Of a DNA stretch of 64,000 bases, positions 57,900 to 64,000 are shown in pieces; within the stretch, counting starts at the first letter, position 1, and every line of letters begins with the position of its first letter. Where the stretch lies: NCBI GenBank assembly GCA_002811645.1, contig PDIP01000035.1:248001-312000 (forward strand), given 5' to 3'. This stretch comes from Corallochytrium limacisporum Hawaii. Its lineage: Eukaryota > Protista > Pluriformea. A program made the position numbers and the translations under genes. The notes under the pieces are model-generated. The model was not told the DNA's origin and did no database searches. It saw only the letters and a program-made list of their open reading frames with translations.

Positions 57900-60800
57900 T
57901 CAAGTAAGTGCAGGCGGCAGATCGGCGCCTTCCTCGACGCTGTCCAGGAGTTGGTCAGCACTCTTGGGGATCTTCTTCAGCATGTTTACCGTGAATTCAT
58001 ACTGAGTGTTGTTCTGGATCATTTGCATGCGGTGTTGACGCATGTGGCTAACAATCTTGAACGCATTGATGGCATTGTCCTGACCTTTGTTATGCATCAT
58101 CAGACCGGTATAGAGAGCGCAGAAGATACCAGTGCGACCGACACCGGCCGAACAGTGCACGGCCAGGGGCGCATCAAGACCACCAGGCTGCAGAGAATGG
58201 CACTTGTTAACCTCCGAAATGATGCCCCACAGTTCCTCAGGATGCTCCGGAATGGAGTGATCCGGCCACTCGCTGACGTGGAATTGGAAGACAATGCGCT
58301 CCTCGATTTGCCCGCTGGGTGGCTTATAGTGCCGGACCAAGAATTGACGGATGGTGGCCTGTCCGAAGGCATGCTCCGATTGGCGACAGACACCCAAAGG
58401 ACCATAGCGGACCTCCTCGGGCGAGTCAGGCCAGTAGTGCGCGCACTTGGGACGGCCCATGTCCACCTCTCTCGTGGCCATAACAATCACACCGCAGCTC
58501 TGCTCCCACACTAGCTGCCAAAAGTCACGCATTGTGTCCATGGTTGGACCCTGAGTCACAACAAAGTCTGCATCACCCATTTCAGCACCCATTGGAATCT
58601 TGGAGGCATTGATATAGTCATAGCCGAAGAGTTCGGGTCCCTGTTGCAAAGGAATTCGACTGTCGTCGTAGGGCAAGATGTTGGTGTACCGATTGAGAAA
58701 ACCTCCTTCCATGGCCACATTAAAGCTCTTAGTCATTTGATTCCTGCTATCCTGGTACTGCAGTTCATTGAATTCCTCCACAAGCTTATTCTGCTCCTCC
58801 AACGACAGGCTGAGAGAAGGGACCGCTCCGGTTGCAGGACTAGAGGGGCTTACAGGAGCGCCGGCGAGAGCAGGTGCACACGCAGGTGCGGATGCATTCG
58901 GCGGTACACCAGAAGGAGCGCCCGGTGGAGGTGGCGCAGTAGCGACCGGCGGCGGCGGTGGCGCGGCACCAGTGGGTACTTGGCCGTACACGGTGGCCTG
59001 CGCCAGCAGGTCATTGAGATCCTCCACACTGTACTGGGATGGCTGGCGCTGGTGGGATTTGGACTGCTTGAGAGCTGCGGGAGGTGGCGAACCTGGGGTG
59101 GCATCCAATGCAGATTCGGGTGTGCCACGAGCCGAACCACTACCGTTGGGCAGCGCATCCCCCGCAGGCGGCAATGGCGGCGGGGCCCGCATCGGTTTTG
59201 GTGGCGGAGTTTTCAGGCCATACAGTCCCTGCAGCTGCTCGGCATGAGCCTCTAGCTTCTCCACATCAGCATACAACTTATTGTAGTGGTTCCGCCCTCC
59301 CGGGGCAAAGCCAAACAGTGCTACAAAGGCCTTGGATGCGCGCTCAAGGTCATTGATGGCCCGAGTCTGTGGATCCTTATCCTTCTTGCCATCTCCCGAT
59401 CCACCACCACGGCGGTCCAGAGTCTCGATTAGGTCGGCGTTGGCGTTGTTGATCTCGACTCGCAAAGCGGCGAGTTTCTCACAGAAATTATTGATGGAAT
59501 CACGGTCAGGCACATACTTCTCCAGTTGCTTGGAAATGGCCTCTTCCTGCTTAGATTCCTGGTTCCCGGCATGCACAAAGGCGTCCGATGGATCATCGTC
59601 GATTGCCTTGGTGCGCAGAGCTCCCCGGATTTGCTCGCTGTCCCGACGCATCTGTTGGAATGAGCCCACCTGTTGTCGGAGCTTGGCACTGGTCGCTCGC
59701 AGATCCTCAGTAATTGAGTTGTCCGATGCAGCGGTCGTCGCACTTGAAGGAGGTAGTCCTTCGATAATTTCTCGAATGGGCTTACTCAACGTGAGCATGG
59801 CAGACTCGTGCTTGTGGAACCGCTTGAGGAAGCTCTTGTCCGACTGATCGAGGCGCTCCAGCTCGGCATCGGCAGTATTCAAACGCTCAAAAAACTTTGC
59901 GACGTCCGGCTTACTTTCCAGTTCTGCGGCCTTCATGCGATCAGCCGCGTTCCGGGGAACTTTGAGCCCATCGACACACTCCTTCCGAATTTCTGCCATT
60001 TCGGCCACTTGCTTCTGCAGCGCCTGTGCGCCCCCCTTGTCCTGCACAGGAGTGGCCAAGCGGACGATCGTGTCCACCAATTTCTTCTGACCGTCCGTAG
60101 CACCCGCCACATTCTCAACCGCTAAATCATCCAGTTTCTGTGGTAGATGCAGGCCGCTCAGGAATTTCTCAAAGTCCTTGATGGCCTGGTCCAACTTGTC
60201 GTAAAGTTTGTTGCGCAGGTCATCCTTGCGTTTCGTGTACCGAGAAAGGGCTTCCAATGATGCCGGCGGGATCAGCTGCCTGAAAATGTCATCAATGCTC
60301 ACCTCATCCTTGGTCTTTGTGTAGTCTGTCACCTGCACAGAATCGAATTCGTCTGGTACATTGAGGTCAGCAATGGAGCTGGGCACCACTTCGTGATAGA
60401 CTTTGTCATTGTCGTTCCAATATTCATGAGCCTGTACCTTGATTGCCTCTTTCATGCTCTCCATCATGGTCTTAAAACTCATATAGTCCTTCTTGAAACC
60501 GCCACTGTAGTTGGCCCAGGCCCGGTCCGCCATGGTCTGCGCCTCTGATGCCCAAGCGACGGCTTCACCATAGGCACACTCTCCCTTGGACGGTTTGTAC
60601 CGGGTCTGTGCCATGTAGTAGTAGGTACAGTACTCGTAGTGCGCTTTCTTCGCCCGGATAAGATGTGCCATCTGAGGATCGGGCTTAGCAGGACCATCAG
60701 TGACACCGGCGTTCATGCCACTGAAATTGTTGAACATCGCCATTCCTGTTCCGGCGGTGCCGAACCCACCTGGCAACTTGTTGAGTGCTTCAACCGCATC

Positions 60801-61439
60801 CCCGTAGTACGCTTCAGTCTTGCGGCACAGGCGAACCAAATTCGTCGCTTTCTGGTCTTTGCGGACGGCACCCTCCAGGAAGACTTCCTGGGCTTGGGCG
60901 CGCATGAGGGTGGCCATCAACGCTACCTGGTACCGGTGCATATCCGCGCTCGGCGCGTACATGAAATTCTCATTCAAATAGTCTAGCGCGGCAGCTGCCT
61001 TCTGCAAGTGTTGCTTTGCCCGCTTTGCCGCTTCGTTGTCAAGCCTATCCACTTTGGCCGCAATGCCTGAGTGCACCGCTGCAATGTTGTAGAGCACACT
61101 GGCCTTCTCGTAGGCGATGCTGTTCTGTGGTAGTGTTGCCTTACCGCTAATGGCATCATTCCAGGAGAACTGGAGGGCAACTTTTCCATCCTCAAACTTA
61201 AACCGCTTCTCCAACAGCTCCAGCTGACGGTAGTAGACATACAGCTCCTTCAAACACGATTCCTCTACGACTGGGTCAATACAAGCTGCCTTCAAAGCTG
61301 CAATTTCATTATACTCTGCACGCATTGAGCGGCCGTCCACTCCGTAGGTTTTGGTGATATACGGTGCCAGCTGGTTTTCCCATTCCACTTGTTGTCCCTG
61401 CTTCAGGGGCATTGCGTAGAGCGGAAGCAGCATAGCCAT
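57900..61439 (-). CDS. PTPN23: HD-PTP (Bro1 domain, V domain, Pro-rich region, classical PTP domain)
   Basis: FSWNDA, YEKASVLYNIAA, AQAQE, NDKVYHEVVP (Bro1). NRYTNILPYD, YINAS, TQGP, DFWQLVWEQ, KCAHYWP, WPDH, VHCSAGVGRTG (PTP). Confidence 0.93.
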   Translation of the reverse strand: MAMLLPLYAMPLKQGQQVEWENQLAPYITKTYGVDGRSMRAEYNEIAALKAACIDPVVEESCLKELYVYYRQLELLEKRFKFEDGKVALQFSWNDAISGKATLPQNSIAYEKASVLYNIAAVHSGIAAKVDRLDNEAAKRAKQHLQKAAAALDYLNENFMYAPSADMHRYQVALMATLMRAQAQEVFLEGAVRKDQKATNLVRLCRKTEAYYGDAVEALNKLPGGFGTAGTGMAMFNNFSGMNAGVTDGPAKPDPQMAHLIRAKKAHYEYCTYYYMAQTRYKPSKGECAYGEAVAWASEAQTMADRAWANYSGGFKKDYMSFKTMMESMKEAIKVQAHEYWNDNDKVYHEVVPSSIADLNVPDEFDSVQVTDYTKTKDEVSIDDIFRQLIPPASLEALSRYTKRKDDLRNKLYDKLDQAIKDFEKFLSGLHLPQKLDDLAVENVAGATDGQKKLVDTIVRLATPVQDKGGAQALQKQVAEMAEIRKECVDGLKVPRNAADRMKAAELESKPDVAKFFERLNTADAELERLDQSDKSFLKRFHKHESAMLTLSKPIREIIEGLPPSSATTAASDNSITEDLRATSAKLRQQVGSFQQMRRDSEQIRGALRTKAIDDDPSDAFVHAGNQESKQEEAISKQLEKYVPDRDSINNFCEKLAALRVEINNANADLIETLDRRGGGSGDGKKDKDPQTRAINDLERASKAFVALFGFAPGGRNHYNKLYADVEKLEAHAEQLQGLYGLKTPPPKPMRAPPPLPPAGDALPNGSGSARGTPESALDATPGSPPPAALKQSKSHQRQPSQYSVEDLNDLLAQATVYGQVPTGAAPPPPPVATAPPPPGAPSGVPPNASAPACAPALAGAPVSPSSPATGAVPSLSLSLEEQNKLVEEFNELQYQDSRNQMTKSFNVAMEGGFLNRYTNILPYDDSRIPLQQGPELFGYDYINASKIPMGAEMGDADFVVTQGPTMDTMRDFWQLVWEQSCGVIVMATREVDMGRPKCAHYWPDSPEEVRYGPLGVCRQSEHAFGQATIRQFLVRHYKPPSGQIEERIVFQFHVSEWPDHSIPEHPEELWGIISEVNKCHSLQPGGLDAPLAVHCSAGVGRTGIFCALYTGLMMHNKGQDNAINAFKIVSHMRQHRMQMIQNNTQYEFTVNMLKKIPKSADQLLDSVEEGADLPPALT

Positions 61440-62375
61440 CTTGATCTGTTGTTCAAGAAGACGCGTTCTATCACCGGATACTATATAGTGTTCTTTTCGT
61501 CCCTTGCAGACACAGTTCCTTGATCAAGACGTCCGTGACCCGAGGTCCATATCTGATGTTCGCTACTTTGTATTCCCTGTTCGCTTGTTTTCTATTCTAT
61601 TTACTGGGGTATCTAGCATTAGTAAATGGCTGCCCAAGATCCGGTGACGAAGTTTACGCCGTCAAATAGGTCATTCATGGGGACTGGCCTAACCAATAAC
61701 ATCATCAACACGGCCATCACCTTCTTCGTCGTCGTCGTCTGAACCATAATCTAGGTAAACTCGCTCACCGACGGCCTTCACAGCAGACTCACGGCCGCAC
61801 AAGCAACAGCTCCTACGACTTTCTGCCCCTTCATTACATTTGTAAGTCATAATGGTCTACAAACAATCATCATCAATCGATCTCCTCTCCCTTCGTCCCC
61901 AAAGGTCCACAGAAGTGAGTGGGGAGGTCCCTCGACATCGGGCACCATACGAGCTCGAAGAACGCAATACTAACACCACCGGAAGAATCGAGTAGGATAC
62001 AGACGAGATGAAGACCATTGGGAAATTAAGAGGACAGGTGCAAAAAGGGGGAGAGACACACACACACAGACTAACCAACAAAATATAATAAGTAAGGTCG
62101 ACAGAGTGATGAAAGGGGAGAGGAGGAGTGGGGTACGGTGGGGGGGTGGGGGGACCAGACCTCCCTCTCGCTTCTCTCTCCCTCTCCCGGTGAGTTTCCG
62201 CGTAAGAAAGGAACGCGAGAGCTCTGAAAAGGGGCAGTGTTGTGGAAAATGACACACGGATTTGTTGCACAGAATGTATACGGCAGAAGCGCTGACGAAA
62301 AACTTAAACCGACATAGGAATTGAACACCTCTGCGTCCTACTCCCAACGGCCCCCCCGCCGCGGGGGGAAGGATG

Positions 62376-62512
62376 GTGTGTGTGTGTGTGTGTGTGTGTA
62401 TGCCGAAGGGATTGTCCGGAGGTGTGTGCACGTTTGGATTATATCCCCTTTGTGTGAAACTCTGGGCATGGTGAGAGGGATGTGTGTGTGTATGTGTGTG
62501 TGTGTGTGTGTG
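62376..62512. repeat. Two (GT)n microsatellites
   Basis: Tracts at about 62376-62399 and 62481-62512. Confidence 0.9.
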
Positions 62513-64000
62513 CTTTGAGACATGCCACCATGCGAGGAAGGCATTCATATAGGTGCGGCGATCACTGGAAGAGTATAAAGTTTCTATAGATAGTATCAGG
62601 TCAAGAGGGTGTGGATAGTTATGTTCTCTTGCAACGGCTGTGGTCCCTGGTGGAAGCAGGTCCGCAGAGAGGAACAAGAAATATTTGTACAAATGTAATT
62701 CGTGAGATATCCAAGCACGCGTGTAGCCCTTACTTCTATCCTGCCGCTATAATGAATGAATGGATGGCAGGTGTGTGCGATCGTTGGAAAGTTGGCACCC
62801 GCGCTCGACAAAGGCTTCCAGGTGTCACAACAACTAAGGATGGTACAAAGTAGAACCTACAGACCCAGGATCGAGCTCAGGCGTGGTATGTATAGTTAAG
62901 GGAGAAACAAAAAAATGGATGAAAAGAGAACTTAGATGCAGCGGGAGAAGGAGAAAAATGGGCGAAAGAGGGTAAACAGTTCAATTGGTTTATACATACC
63001 TAAATATTTCAAATTAGAGTGAAGTGCGATCAATACCCTTCTACATTGTGTGTACTTCACATAAATTTGATATGCGGACTGAATTGACTATTCCGGAGCG
63101 GCCCCGACTTTTTTACCCCTCCTCGGTTATTTTTCGTTTCGGGAATGTTACCCAGCCCCTGTGTGTGTCCGGAAGGGGGGTGGGACGGGACACCACACGG
63201 TGGTACCCACTTACTCACCGAAACGGCTCAGAAAAAGCCACCGGACCATGCACTTCCACGTCAAGATGGGTGGCCCGGAGTTTCCAGAAGACATCATTTC
63301 TCATAATGAATATACTCCATTTCTGCAGCGGGAACGGACTCTATGGGAGAGGGTTCAAAATTTATTTATGTTTCTTGGCGCCTCAGCCTCTCCTGAATAG
63401 GCAAGGGCCCAGCTCCATAAGGGTATCCCCGGTACTCTCGCGTTACGGGTGACGCAGCTACCAGAACCGAGTTCACAGAGGCACTGTCTTGCCACAACGA
63501 AGTCAGCAAGCACCAGATGGGTGACAACCAATGCTGGATCGATTCGCTGGGTTTTCAAGCATCACAGGGGCCGTATCCTTCAATCGCGCATCCGAGGAGG
63601 ATCCTCGTTATGATGATCACCATCAGGGTGGTATCATGCTTTACACATCACTGGATGGGTCCATTGGGGCTCATTGAACGGACCATGTGGGCCGACAAGA
63701 TCGCATCGCGGATTTAGCACCTCATAGCCGGTTGCACTCCGCAAGGCGATGGATGTCCACAGGGGGGCAGCCCCATTGGCTGGAACATGGGATGTCAAGG
63801 TTATGTTGTGGTCCTTGTCCTTTGGCAGGCATCGCAAGTACTCCAGATGCGTCCCAACGTAAACCAGACCGCATCCGGTGCTATCCTCAATTCACTTCCA
63901 AGTGCACCCCAGCAAGGTAATCCTCTTCGAAGAGTATCCGGTGTCAACCTCACCGGTTAGAATTCCATCTCTAGTAAGCTACATCACTCATTACTACCAA

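Noticed and set aside
63590-63680. GIMLYTSLDGSIG resembling the CPSF1/DDB1/SF3B3 C-terminus
   Set aside because: A single short match flanked by stops, which is not enough for a pseudogene call.

Overview
Eukaryotic genomic DNA, gene-dense, with 18 protein-coding genes that each read as a single uninterrupted ORF: DUS2, ABHD13-like, ValRS, TACC, RNASEH2C, CHID1, SCAMP, Hsp104/ClpB, a histidine phosphatase, p67phox/NoxR, GNB1L/Asa1, PSMD12, an unknown coiled-coil protein, CNOT9, a divergent cyclin, a MOV10/SDE3 helicase, NF-YA and HD-PTP/PTPN23. Animal-type genes (TACC, dsRBD-bearing Dus2, Bro1-V-PTP) sit beside Hsp104, which animals lack, and no coding introns are seen. This points by inference to an intron-poor unicellular holozoan (Corallochytrium-like). 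Intergenic and promoter regions carry poly-C/poly-G runs, C(n)-G(n) palindromes and microsatellites, and there are three N gaps. The top finding is that Hsp104 ends in the TGA-CTA readthrough context, followed by 45 in-frame codons (acidic linker plus KRSRR, NLS-like) before TAA and AATAAA. This suggests a readthrough-generated, possibly nuclear, isoform of a disaggregase whose gene also has an upstream HSE array. Other notable points are an HD-PTP with a fully canonical catalytic motif set, a PIP-box-like tail on the histidine phosphatase, and paired CCAAT boxes upstream of NF-YA. All product calls come from motif recognition by eye; no database searches were run.
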